Shown one piece after another: positions 8,002-15,907 of a DNA stretch of 24,000 nucleotides. How positions within the stretch are numbered: the first letter of the stretch is position 1; every line of letters starts with the position of its first letter. The notes below the pieces were generated by a model. The model ran no database searches. It saw only the letters and a program-made list of their open reading frames with translations, and was not told where the DNA came from. The translations under genes and the position numbers were made by a program. Origin of the DNA: Rhodospirillaceae bacterium (GTDB lineage Bacteria; Pseudomonadota; Alphaproteobacteria; Rhodospirillales; JABHCV01); NCBI GenBank assembly GCA_013204045.1, contig JABMOQ010000007.1, forward strand, positions 58,817-82,816, written 5' to 3'.

Positions 8002-9110
8002 GGGCTGCCTGATTTCAGGACGAGCACCCAATCGTCGCCTTCCCGATTGATGGCAAGGTCCGCCTGCTCCAGGGCCAGGGCAAGTTGCTCAGGTTGGCCA
8101 ATGTAATTCAGATTCACCCGTGCTTCGTCCAATGACAAAATGACCAGGTCGGACTTGCGGATAACCGCGACACCGCCAAGGCGGCTCCGTATTTCCAACC
8201 AATCTTGCAATCCCTTGATCCTGATTTTCACGGCAATCACGGCCTGCCTGCCGAATTGCAGGACATTGTCACGCTTCCAGTTGTCTTGTATCTGGCGTGT
8301 CAATTCGATGGTCGCCCTAAGCAGCAACTCATCCAGACTTTCACCATCGGCCGAGGCAAAGCTTTTGACCGTGGTTTGCTCCTGCATGGCAGAGCCATAA
8401 CGGGTGACATAAACTTCCACCTCGGGGCGGATGCGGTCGGTGTTCAGGATCGCCTGGGCTACCAGCGTATCACCGGCGTCATAGCGCCCGGCGATTGCCG
8501 CCAAACGCTGCTCATCACCGGCCACCGCCTGCTCGGGTCCGATGGTGGCGATATCAGAGAGATCACCCTTGGGTAACAGCGTCGGCACCAGAGAAAACTG
8601 CGGTGGGTTTTTCTTCCACGCGTCCCGCCACGGGTTTGGTTCGTCCCAGAGCAAAAGGGCACCGGCAGCCTGAAAAACAGGCAACACCAGCACCGGCTTC
8701 GATGTGGTTTCGGCATACGGAATCGCCAGATCAATCATCAGGCGGCGCACATCGTCGGACTTGAAACGGTAATTCAGGGACGCCAGATAACGCACCGCCG
8801 AAGCCTTTTCCTCGGCAACCTCGAAATCCTGGACGAGGGCGGAAATCTGAACATTTCTGGAATCCGGCAACCGGTTGGCATCGACGCTGAGGGTCAGGCG
8901 CTCCAGCAAGCGGCGGAAGGCCGTTTGTTCGCCCTGCGCCAGCGCCTTGTCGCGGGCTTCTGCCGTCGATGCGGCGGTAACATCAACGGTGACGCCGCGG
9001 ACCTCGAAAACACGCTGATCTTCAGCCGCCAGCGAAACCGACGAAAGGACCTGAAAAACAGCCAAAATCGCTAAAACGCGTGTGGTCCGCCTCGGACGCT
9101 GATCGGTCAT
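7998..9110 (-). CDS. DUF2066-type secreted protein
   Basis: The 370-aa ORF has a signal-peptide-like N-terminus (RVLAILAVFQVLSSVSLAAE). FEVRGVTVDV...A..A...A......AF..LLERLT follows, which I associate with DUF2066 proteins found next to purM in Alphaproteobacteria. The assignment is from recollection and has not been searched. Confidence 0.65.
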   Translation of the reverse strand: MTDQRPRRTTRVLAILAVFQVLSSVSLAAEDQRVFEVRGVTVDVTAASTAEARDKALAQGEQTAFRRLLERLTLSVDANRLPDSRNVQISALVQDFEVAEEKASAVRYLASLNYRFKSDDVRRLMIDLAIPYAETTSKPVLVLPVFQAAGALLLWDEPNPWRDAWKKNPPQFSLVPTLLPKGDLSDIATIGPEQAVAGDEQRLAAIAGRYDAGDTLVAQAILNTDRIRPEVEVYVTRYGSAMQEQTTVKSFASADGESLDELLLRATIELTRQIQDNWKRDNVLQFGRQAVIAVKIRIKGLQDWLEIRSRLGGVAVIRKSDLVILSLDEARVNLNYIGQPEQLALALEQADLAINREGDDWVLVLKSGSP

Positions 9111-9115
9111 TGCAA

Positions 9116-9131
9116 ACAGCCCCAGATAAGT
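9116..9131 (+). repeat. left copy of the boundary direct repeat (att-like)
   Basis: The sequence is ACAGCCCCAGATAAGT, starting 6 nt beyond the DUF2066 start codon. It matches 11694-11710 except for one extra A. Confidence 0.6.
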
Positions 9132-9244
9132 TATTGTCGAATATATTTCATTATTTACAGTGAGTTATCAATTTATAATTAATGAAAACCATTCACACAT
9201 TTTTCACACAAGCACATGAAACAATGATGAATACACTTTACACT

Positions 9245-9263
9245 TTTACACATATTTCACACA
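9245..9263 (+). repeat. left copy of the internal 19-nt direct repeat TTTACACATATTTCACACA, within a cluster of TTYACAC motifs
   Basis: It matches TTTACACATATTTTACACA at 11620-11638 at 18 of 19 positions. Further TTCACAC / TTACAC copies lie at about 9192-9263. Confidence 0.55.
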
Positions 9264-9438
9264 AAAAAGGCCCTACCGAACTGCACAATGAGTTATCTGT
9301 TCTCCGCCAGCAACAGAACAAATTTCGTAATTAACTAAATCTGGAAATAATCTAAGCGGATGTTGGCCTTTATTCCATTAACTCGTTAAACTGCGCTTAC
9401 TTATCGTCTTCCTACCGCCGTAACAACAGGAGTGTAAT

Positions 9439-10197
9439 TTGAGTTGGTGCGATAAAATGGCTTCTACGCCAAGTGTTGGCTTCAAACTCGATCACCACTT
9501 TGCTACGGGTGATGCAATTTTTGACGCTCTTGATCCCATTCTGGATAAGTGGGTTGATGGTGAAAAACAATTGTTCACTGTAAAAAAACACGAATCATTT
9601 TCTGTATCATTCGATACAATTGACGGGTTCGTGTATGGAATAGAACCGTCGAAAGTCCATATTTCTTTCAGTCATAAAATGAAAGCAAAACCTGTGAGTG
9701 GTGGACCACCAATAATGGAAATGCTTTCTAGTCCATTACCGTTTACAGAATTGCTGCCTAATGTTTCGGAGCGACTATCTACTACGACCTTGCTTCTACC
9801 TGGCGCCAGCACCCGAAATATTCAACGTGTCGGAATTGTTACTAGTACGGCGGTCGCCGAAGATGAAGTTCCGCCCGGTATTGAGCGATTTATCAAATAC
9901 ATCGGCCGTCCATGGAATAGCTCTGCCGAATGTTTTTCGTTTAGCATCACCACTGAGGTCAATAGCACCTCGGATTGGTCAGACCGATGCATTCACACCT
10001 TAGTTAAACTCGAGGAGCCTGAAGAATTGCTTACCATTGTATTTGACTGGCAGAGGAAATTTACCTCTGGACGGCCAATAACCTCTAATTCATTGAAAGA
10101 GATTTTGGTGAAAGCTGAGAAAGATTCATTAGATTATTTTGAGGATGTTGCAGAAGGTAGCAGATTCGATGAAGACATCATCAACAGCACAACTTGA
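9439..10197 (+). CDS. hypothetical protein, islet gene A (no recognised domain)
   Basis: The ORF is 252 aa. AGGAG (9428-9432) lies 6 nt upstream of the TTG start at 9439; an alternative ATG is at 9457. It has low GC like the rest of the islet. It overlaps the next ORF. I see no nucleotide-binding, nuclease or TM motif. Confidence 0.6.
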   Translation: MSWCDKMASTPSVGFKLDHHFATGDAIFDALDPILDKWVDGEKQLFTVKKHESFSVSFDTIDGFVYGIEPSKVHISFSHKMKAKPVSGGPPIMEMLSSPLPFTELLPNVSERLSTTTLLLPGASTRNIQRVGIVTSTAVAEDEVPPGIERFIKYIGRPWNSSAECFSFSITTEVNSTSDWSDRCIHTLVKLEEPEELLTIVFDWQRKFTSGRPITSNSLKEILVKAEKDSLDYFEDVAEGSRFDEDIINSTT

Positions 10198-10648
10198 GTT
10201 CACGTATTCGGCCCCTGAACCTCTTTCCGGAAAAGAAGATGATTCTTTTGTGTCGAATTCTACGGGAACGGCAACTTCTAATGCGGGCAACGTATCCCAG
10301 TTTCCGAAATTTAGTGGCTATAGGGAAGTGTTGGCAACTACTTCCCGAATGGCTGGGCGGATCAACGCTGCCAGCGTTTCCGACCAAGAATGTCAAACCC
10401 TTCTAAGGGAACGCCAAGATCTCTTAGACAAAAACTTTGATGATACAATCACACGAAAAGAGAAGATCAGGCTTGAGTATATTCGATGGTCGCTCGACAG
10501 AATTGAAGACTCTAAATTTGGCCAGACACTTGATATGTTGGAAAATTCAGTCAGCAAGTATGAGCAATTCTTGTCAGATGTACGCAAGCTTGAAAACCAG
10601 CTGAAGCAGCACTTGAAGAAGTCGCGCTCGAAAAAGAAACTCAAATGA
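10169..10648 (+). CDS. hypothetical protein, islet gene B (Ser/Thr-rich N-terminus, predicted helical or coiled-coil C-terminus, basic tail)
   Basis: The ORF track starts it at 10139 (169 aa). An ATG at 10169 is preceded by AAGG (159 aa). It overlaps gene A by 29-59 nt. Its stop overlaps the gene C start as ATGA (10645-10648). The C-terminal half (QECQTLLRERQDLLDK...KYEQFLSDVRKLENQLKQHLKKSRSKKKLK) looks heptad-like. Confidence 0.55.
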   Translation: MKTSSTAQLEFTYSAPEPLSGKEDDSFVSNSTGTATSNAGNVSQFPKFSGYREVLATTSRMAGRINAASVSDQECQTLLRERQDLLDKNFDDTITRKEKIRLEYIRWSLDRIEDSKFGQTLDMLENSVSKYEQFLSDVRKLENQLKQHLKKSRSKKKLK

Positions 10649-11427
10649 CTAGCAGAAAGGAAAGTAACGGAAATAACCTTCCAGTCCCGGCGCCAGAATT
10701 AGACGAACCACTTGTAACGAGATCAAAAGTCCCTGTCGGCAAAGAATACGGAGAGTATAAGGAATATCTTCGGTATGACTTTTTCCACTCGTGTTCTTAT
10801 TGTACTATGTCAGAAGCTGAGGCTCAAGCAATACGGTTTGTTATCGACCATTACGAACCCCGTAAAGCTCGACCAGAATTGGTGCATGAATACGAAAATC
10901 TTATGTATTCATGCGACGAGTGCAACGTAAGGAAAGGTGATCGTTGTCCACCTGCTGAAGCCCGGGCAGACAATTATCGATTTTTCAGGCCAGACCGAGA
11001 CAAATATCGGGAGCACTTTCAGGGAGATGGCGTTCGACTAAAATCAAAAACCAATGTAGGCAAATACTCTATTCAGGCGTTAGACCTGAATCGATTAACT
11101 CTCCGTAGGCTTCGAGATATACGAAAACGCCTGACGAATTGTGACCGTCATGTGATAGAAGGCGTGTTGGGGCTTAGAAAGTTCCACATTGATCGATTGC
11201 CACCTAGCATAAAGGGCTCAGCTGCTAGAGCAATTCGGCAAGTGGTTGCTGTATCGAACGAACTCGCCGATGGTATCGATGATTTACTTCGAGACTGCGC
11301 CTCTTCTCCCTTAATCGATCCTGACCTAGACTCAAATTCGCGACTTCAAGAAAGAACCGCCAAATTGAAACAGTTAAAGGCTATTTATCCGGGAACCTGG
11401 AGAGCACCTAGAAAAAATCAGAGTTAA
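10645..11427 (+). CDS. HNH (beta-beta-alpha-Me) endonuclease with an uncharacterised C-terminal domain of about 160 aa, islet gene C
   Basis: The HNH core is complete: C50-x2-C53, D68-H69, N85, C90-x2-C93-N94 (HSCSYCTMSEAEAQAIRFVIDHYEPRKARPELVHEYENLMYSCDECNVRKGD, nt 10792-10941). It is translationally coupled to gene B. Confidence 0.85.
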   Translation: MTSRKESNGNNLPVPAPELDEPLVTRSKVPVGKEYGEYKEYLRYDFFHSCSYCTMSEAEAQAIRFVIDHYEPRKARPELVHEYENLMYSCDECNVRKGDRCPPAEARADNYRFFRPDRDKYREHFQGDGVRLKSKTNVGKYSIQALDLNRLTLRRLRDIRKRLTNCDRHVIEGVLGLRKFHIDRLPPSIKGSAARAIRQVVAVSNELADGIDDLLRDCASSPLIDPDLDSNSRLQERTAKLKQLKAIYPGTWRAPRKNQS

Positions 11428-11619
11428 TTGGCACTGGAAAAATGTTCTCTATTGACTAGACCCAAGCCTATGATACTCCACTTTTTTGTGTCTGATGCAG
11501 ATGACAAGCAGACGTATCTACTCGGAATCAGCATAGGTGCGAATCTAGAAGGGTGAAGATACATATGATTTGGTTCACACGCAAAAAATCCAAAAAGACT
11601 TATATTCCCTACACTTACG

Positions 11620-11639
11620 TTTACACATATTTTACACAC
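11620..11639 (+). repeat. right copy of the internal direct repeat (TTTACACATATTTTACACAC)
   Basis: See 9245-9263. It has the same orientation and lies 55 nt (11639 to 11694) inside the right boundary repeat. A TTCACAC copy is at 11573-11579. Confidence 0.55.
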
Positions 11640-11693
11640 GAATAAAAAGTGCTGAAAAAGTGTTTATTTTCAATATGTTTAGAAAAAATAGAC

Positions 11694-11710
11694 ACAGCCC
11701 CAGATAAAGT
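11694..11710 (+). repeat. right copy of the boundary direct repeat (att-like)
   Basis: The sequence is ACAGCCCCAGATAAAGT, 47 nt upstream of the purM ATG. Confidence 0.6.
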
Positions 11711-11756
11711 ATCTTCTGCTTTCGAATTTGAAACGGGAACTTAGCACACCTGACGG

Positions 11757-12824
11757 ATGGAGGAAGCCATTAACGGCCTCAGTTACAAGGATGCGGGCGT
11801 CGATATCGACGCAGGCGATGCCCTGGTCGAGGCCATCAAGCCGCTGGCCAAGTCAACGGCGCGTGACGGCGTGGCCTCCGGGCTCGGCGGATTCGGCGCC
11901 ATGTTTGATCTGAAAGCCGCCGGTTTCAAGGATCCGGTGCTGGTCGCCGGGACCGACGGCGTCGGCACCAAGCTGAAAGTCGCCATCGAAGCGGGCAAAC
12001 ATGACACCGTCGGCATCGATCTGGTCGCCATGTGCGTCAACGACCTGATTGTACAGGGCGCCGAGCCGCTTTTCTTCCTCGATTACTTCGCCACCGCCAA
12101 GCTTGACGTTGCCGCCGCAACGGCCATCGTTGCCGGCATCGCCGAAGGGTGCAAACAGGGCGGTTGCGCGCTGATCGGCGGCGAGACGGCGGAAATGCCC
12201 GGCATGTACGCCAAGGGCGACTATGACCTGGCCGGGTTCTGTGTCGGCGCCGTCGAACGCGCCGATATCCTGACCGGTGATAAAGTCGCCGCAGGCGACG
12301 TGATTCTTGGCCTGGCGTCGAGCGGCCTGCATTCCAACGGGTTTTCCCTGGTCCGCCGGGTGGTCGATATCAGCGGGCTTGATTACGCATCGGACGCCCC
12401 TTTCCGGCCCGCCACGTCGCTGGCCGATGCCCTGCTCGAGCCGACCCGAATTTATGTCAAAAGCTGCCTCGCCGCCATTGCTGCCGGCGGCGTCCATGGC
12501 CTCGCCCACATCACCGGCGGCGGTTTGGTTGAAAATATCCCGCGCGTGCTTCCCGAAAATCTTGATGCCGACCTGGACGCCGCCACATGGAAACTGCCGA
12601 CGGTGTTTTCGTGGCTCGCCAAAGCCGGCGGCATCGCGCCAGAGGAAATGGCCCGCACCTTCAACTGCGGTATCGGCATGGCCGTCATCGTCGATGCCAA
12701 ACGTGCCGTTGATCTGACAAAAATCCTGACCGACAACGGCGAAACCGTCTTCACCCTGGGCACCGTGGTCGCCCGCGGCGTGGGCGCGGTGACCATCGGG
12801 AATATCGACTCATGGCGCGGCTGA
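11757..12824 (+). CDS. purM: phosphoribosylformylglycinamidine cyclo-ligase (AIR synthetase)
   Basis: The 355-aa ORF starts [20 protein letters not shown] and contains GLGGFGA.F, DGVGTKL, and [21 protein letters not shown]. Confidence 0.97.
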   Translation: MEEAINGLSYKDAGVDIDAGDALVEAIKPLAKSTARDGVASGLGGFGAMFDLKAAGFKDPVLVAGTDGVGTKLKVAIEAGKHDTVGIDLVAMCVNDLIVQGAEPLFFLDYFATAKLDVAAATAIVAGIAEGCKQGGCALIGGETAEMPGMYAKGDYDLAGFCVGAVERADILTGDKVAAGDVILGLASSGLHSNGFSLVRRVVDISGLDYASDAPFRPATSLADALLEPTRIYVKSCLAAIAAGGVHGLAHITGGGLVENIPRVLPENLDADLDAATWKLPTVFSWLAKAGGIAPEEMARTFNCGIGMAVIVDAKRAVDLTKILTDNGETVFTLGTVVARGVGAVTIGNIDSWRG

Positions 12825-13384
12825 AACTGGCGGTCCTGATTTCGGGCCGGGGCTCGAACCTGCAATCGCTGATCGATGCCTGTGCCGATCCTGAATTTCC
12901 CGCCGAGATCGTCAGCGTCATATCCAATGTGCCCGACGTTCAGGGGCTCGAACGGGCGGCCATGGCCGACATCAGCGCCGCCGTCATCGACCACCGGAAT
13001 TTCGACAGCCGGGAAGCCTTCGAAGCGACCCTCAATGCGGCCCTTGATGACAGCGGCGCCGACCTGGTCTGTCTGGCCGGGTTCATGCGGCTGCTGACCG
13101 CCGAATTTGTCAACCGCTGGCGCGACCGGCTGATCAACATCCACCCGTCCCTGCTGCCCGATTACAAGGGCCTGCACGTGCACGAACGGGTGATCGCCGC
13201 CGGTGAGGCGTTTTCCGGCTGCACGGTCCATTACGTGCGCCCCGACATGGACTCCGGCCCCATCATCACCCAGGCCAAAGTCCCGGTCGAACCCGGCGAT
13301 ACCGCCGATACCCTGGCCGCCCGGGTGCTCGCCCAGGAGCACATAATCTACCCCGAAGCGGTCAGGCAGATAGCCGAGGCCTAG
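12812..13384 (+). CDS. purN: phosphoribosylglycinamide formyltransferase
   Basis: The 190-aa ORF contains [25 protein letters not shown], and [13 protein letters not shown]. It overlaps the purM end by 13 nt. Confidence 0.95.
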   Translation: MARLKLAVLISGRGSNLQSLIDACADPEFPAEIVSVISNVPDVQGLERAAMADISAAVIDHRNFDSREAFEATLNAALDDSGADLVCLAGFMRLLTAEFVNRWRDRLINIHPSLLPDYKGLHVHERVIAAGEAFSGCTVHYVRPDMDSGPIITQAKVPVEPGDTADTLAARVLAQEHIIYPEAVRQIAEA

Positions 13385-13394
13385 GACAATATCC

Positions 13395-13422
13395 TTGACT
13401 TTGCCCGTTAAGGCTCTATATC
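13395..13422 (+). promoter_or_regulatory. candidate sigma-70 promoter for cspA (TTGACT-N16-TATATC), giving a 5' UTR of about 160 nt
   Basis: TTGACT lies at 13395-13400 and TATATC at 13417-13422. Long structured 5' UTRs are a known property of cspA-family genes. This is a motif match only. Confidence 0.35.
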
Positions 13423-13585
13423 AGGCCCGTTACTACGTTGTGCAGTCGTCTGCTTGCGCCCTGATTGATCCCCATACTAGGTGCGTTCGGCCAAGTTGCT
13501 TTCCTGACATTGTAAACGTTTGAACCGCGAGCCCGGCATAGTGTCGGCCCGCGCAATTTTTCTATGTATTAAGGAAACTAACACT

Positions 13586-13795
13586 ATGGCTAACGGTACC
13601 GTTAAATGGTTTAACGCCACCAAGGGCTTCGGCTTTATCGAACAGGAAGACGGCGGCAAAGACGCCTTCGTCCACATCTCCGCACTTGAGCAGGCTGGCA
13701 TCAGCACGCTTGCCGACGGCCAAAAGGTCAGCTTCGAGCTGGTCCCCGGCCGCGACGGCAAAGAAGCCGCGGAAAACATTCAGCTGCGCGACTAA
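13586..13795 (+). CDS. cspA: cold-shock protein (CspA family)
   Basis: The protein reads MANGTVKWFNATKGFGFIEQEDGGKDAFVHISAL and carries the RNP1/RNP2 motifs. AAGGAAA lies 8 nt upstream of the ATG at 13586. The upstream extension in the ORF track (from 13520) is not supported. Confidence 0.95.
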   Translation: MANGTVKWFNATKGFGFIEQEDGGKDAFVHISALEQAGISTLADGQKVSFELVPGRDGKEAAENIQLRD

Positions 13796-13807
13796 TCGCA
13801 CGGCTTT

Positions 13808-13836
13808 GGCGCGGAAGGCCTGAGGCCTTCCGCGCC
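13808..13836 (+). other. perfect 13-bp GC-rich hairpin between cspA and the helicase gene (attenuator or stabiliser; no U-tract)
   Basis: The hairpin is GGCGCGGAAGGCC-tga-GGCCTTCCGCGCC. It is followed by ATCAACC, not a T run. Confidence 0.35.
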
Positions 13837-13879
13837 ATCAACCATTCGCCACCAAAGTGGCGTGAAAAGAGACAAATAT

Positions 13880-15226
13880 ATGACTGATTTTTCCGGGCTC
13901 GAATTGATCGAGCCCTTGCGGCGGGCACTTTCCGCCGAGGGCTATACGGCGCCGACGCCGATCCAGGCCCAATCAATACCTCATTTGCTGGGGGCCCGAG
14001 ATCTTCTTGGCGTAGCGCAGACAGGCACCGGAAAAACCGCCGCCTTCGTTCTGCCCATGTTGCAGAACCTCACAGCTTCCTCCAAGGGCCGCGCCGCCCC
14101 GGGACGCCCCCGCGCCCTGATCCTGGCGCCGACCCGCGAACTGGCCGTCCAGATTGGCGACAGCGTGCAGGCCTACGGCAAATTCCTTAAAATTAACGCC
14201 ACCACCATTTTCGGTGGCGCTCCCATCGGCAAGCAAATCAGGGCCTTGAACAGCGGTGTCGATATCGTCATCGCCACCCCGGGCCGCCTGATGGACCTTC
14301 TCAACCAGAAAAAACTGCGCCTCGACGAGGTCAGCATTTTCGTTCTCGACGAAGGCGACCGTATGCTCGACATGGGCTTTATTCCCGATGTCCGGCGCAT
14401 CGCCAACCTGATCGCGGCGAGATGCCAGACCGTGCTGTTTTCGGCAACCATGCCGGAGGCCATCGCCAAGCTGGCTCAAGGGCTGCTCAACGACCCCGTC
14501 CGGGTCGATGTGGCACCCCAGTCAACCACGGCGGAACGCATCCATCAGCGGGTTCTGTTCGTCGACAAGCCGAAAAAACGGGCGCTGCTCAGCTCACTCC
14601 TCAAGGATGAAAGCATTTCCCGCGCCCTGGTCTTCTCGCGCACCAAGCACGGCGCCGACAAGATCGCCCGGCATCTTGAACAGGACAACGTACGAACCGG
14701 CGTCATTCACGGCAACAAGGCCCAGAATGCCCGCCAGAAGGCCTTGAACAGCTTCAAGACCGGCCAGGTTCGTATCCTGGTGGCCACCGATATCGCGGCC
14801 CGTGGCATCGATGTGGACGGCATTACCCATGTCATCAACTTCGACCTGCCCCAGGATCCGGAAACCTACGTTCACCGCATTGGCCGCACGGCCCGCGCCG
14901 GAGAAGCCGGACAGGCCATCTCGTTCTGTGATCATGAGGAACGCGATTTCCTGTATGACATCGAAAAGGTCACCCGCAAGACGGTCCCGGTCGATGCCGA
15001 TCACCCCTTCCACGCGGCCGATATCGCCGCCGCCGGACCCTCCATGGGTAAATCCCGCAGCGCCAATCCGGGCAACAAATCCCGGCGTGGCGGCAATGGT
15101 GGTGGTGGCCGCAACTTTGGCGGCGGCAAGCCGCAACACCCGTCGAAAGCCTCCAAGGGCTACAAGCCCCGCGGCCACAAGGGCAAGAGCCAGGGCAACA
15201 GAGGCGGCAGTTCCCGCGCCGCCTAA
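13880..15226 (+). CDS. rhlE: DEAD-box ATP-dependent RNA helicase (RhlE-like) with a Gly/Arg-rich C-terminal tail
   Basis: The ORF has a Q motif (PTPIQ), AQTGTGKTAAF, PTRELA, the DEAD variant VLDEGDRMLDMGF, SAT, and HRIGRTARAG. I prefer the ATG at 13880 (MTDFSGLEL...) over the GTG at 13862 used by the track. Confidence 0.93.
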   Translation: MTDFSGLELIEPLRRALSAEGYTAPTPIQAQSIPHLLGARDLLGVAQTGTGKTAAFVLPMLQNLTASSKGRAAPGRPRALILAPTRELAVQIGDSVQAYGKFLKINATTIFGGAPIGKQIRALNSGVDIVIATPGRLMDLLNQKKLRLDEVSIFVLDEGDRMLDMGFIPDVRRIANLIAARCQTVLFSATMPEAIAKLAQGLLNDPVRVDVAPQSTTAERIHQRVLFVDKPKKRALLSSLLKDESISRALVFSRTKHGADKIARHLEQDNVRTGVIHGNKAQNARQKALNSFKTGQVRILVATDIAARGIDVDGITHVINFDLPQDPETYVHRIGRTARAGEAGQAISFCDHEERDFLYDIEKVTRKTVPVDADHPFHAADIAAAGPSMGKSRSANPGNKSRRGGNGGGGRNFGGGKPQHPSKASKGYKPRGHKGKSQGNRGGSSRAA

Positions 15227-15250
15227 AGCAGCGGCCCCAAGATAACAAAA

Positions 15251-15283
15251 AGCCCCGCAGGCAAAACCTGCGGGGCTTTTTTT
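15251..15283. terminator. bidirectional rho-independent terminator between the convergent helicase and ndk genes
   Basis: The hairpin AGCCCCGCAGG-caaaa-CCTGCGGGGCT is flanked by an A run upstream and T7 downstream. Confidence 0.8.
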
Positions 15284-15303
15284 ATTCCGACTTCTCTCAG
15301 GCT

Positions 15304-15726
15304 TTAGCCGACGATTTCGGCGTCGGCGAAGAAGAAGCTGATTTCACGGGCGGCGCTTTCCGGGCTATCGGAGCCGTGCACCGAATTGGCCTGAACGTCG
15401 ACACCATAGGCCTTGCGAACGGTGCCTTCGTCGGCGTTGGCCGGGTTGGTGGCGCCCATCACGTCGCGGTGGGCGAGGATGGCGTTTTCGCCTTCCAGGA
15501 CCTGCAAGACCACCGGTCCGGAGATCATGTAGTCGACAAGTTCGCCGAAAAACGAGCGTTCATTGTGTTCGGCGTAAAAGGCTTCGGCCTGTTCGCGGGT
15601 CAGGCGCAGGCGGCGCTGGGCGATGATGCGCAAACCGGCACCCTCGAACATGGCGTTGATGTTGCCGGTGATGTTGCGTTCGGTAGCGTCCGGCTTGATG
15701 ATGGACAGGGTGCGTTCTATGGCCAT
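15304..15726 (-). CDS. ndk: nucleoside diphosphate kinase
   Basis: The 140-aa ORF contains [11 protein letters not shown], the NSVHGSDS active-site His region, and YFF. Confidence 0.97.
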   Translation of the reverse strand: MAIERTLSIIKPDATERNITGNINAMFEGAGLRIIAQRRLRLTREQAEAFYAEHNERSFFGELVDYMISGPVVLQVLEGENAILAHRDVMGATNPANADEGTVRKAYGVDVQANSVHGSDSPESAAREISFFFADAEIVG

Positions 15727-15907
15727 TCCCCTTGGTCCCTCCGTTAATAATCTTGATTAAAGTGATAACCGGACAGAATGCCCTCCTAAGGGTCATTCCC
15801 CCTACGTCCGGGCTGAGGCCGCGGTTTATAACCCCATCCTCGCCTATTGGCAAGGGTTCGCTAATATACGTTTCCCCTGCCCGTCCGCCCATGCTACATG
15901 AGCGCCC

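Larger units (their letters stand above)
9116..11710. mobile_element. AT-rich 2595-bp genomic islet bounded by imperfect direct repeats; no integrase or transposase is visible
   Basis: Base composition drops abruptly, by eye, between the flanking core genes (DUF2066 start at 9110, purM start at 11757). ACAGCCCCAGATAAGT (9116-9131) is repeated as ACAGCCCCAGATAAAGT (11694-11710). Weaker similarity continues after each copy (..TCGAAT.T). The three ORFs inside have atypical composition. Confidence 0.5.

Noticed and set aside
9182-9334. 50-aa plus-strand ORF in the left islet arm (MKTIHTFFTQAHETMMNTLYTFTHISHKKGPTELHNELSVLRQQQNKFRN)
   Set aside because: It has no SD. Its His/Thr-rich sequence is simply the translation of the CACA-type DNA repeats. 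The related right-arm repeat falls in a different frame of a 26-aa mini-ORF (11565..11645), which argues against coding conservation.
11424-11639. 71-aa minus-strand ORF in the right islet arm
   Set aside because: It has no SD, a Cys/Phe/Ser-rich improbable sequence, and it overlaps the repeat cluster.
12452-13342. 296-aa minus-strand ORF antisense to purM and purN
   Set aside because: It is a typical high-GC antisense open frame (Gly/Arg/Pro/Asp-rich, no motifs). It is fully covered by two confidently identified genes.
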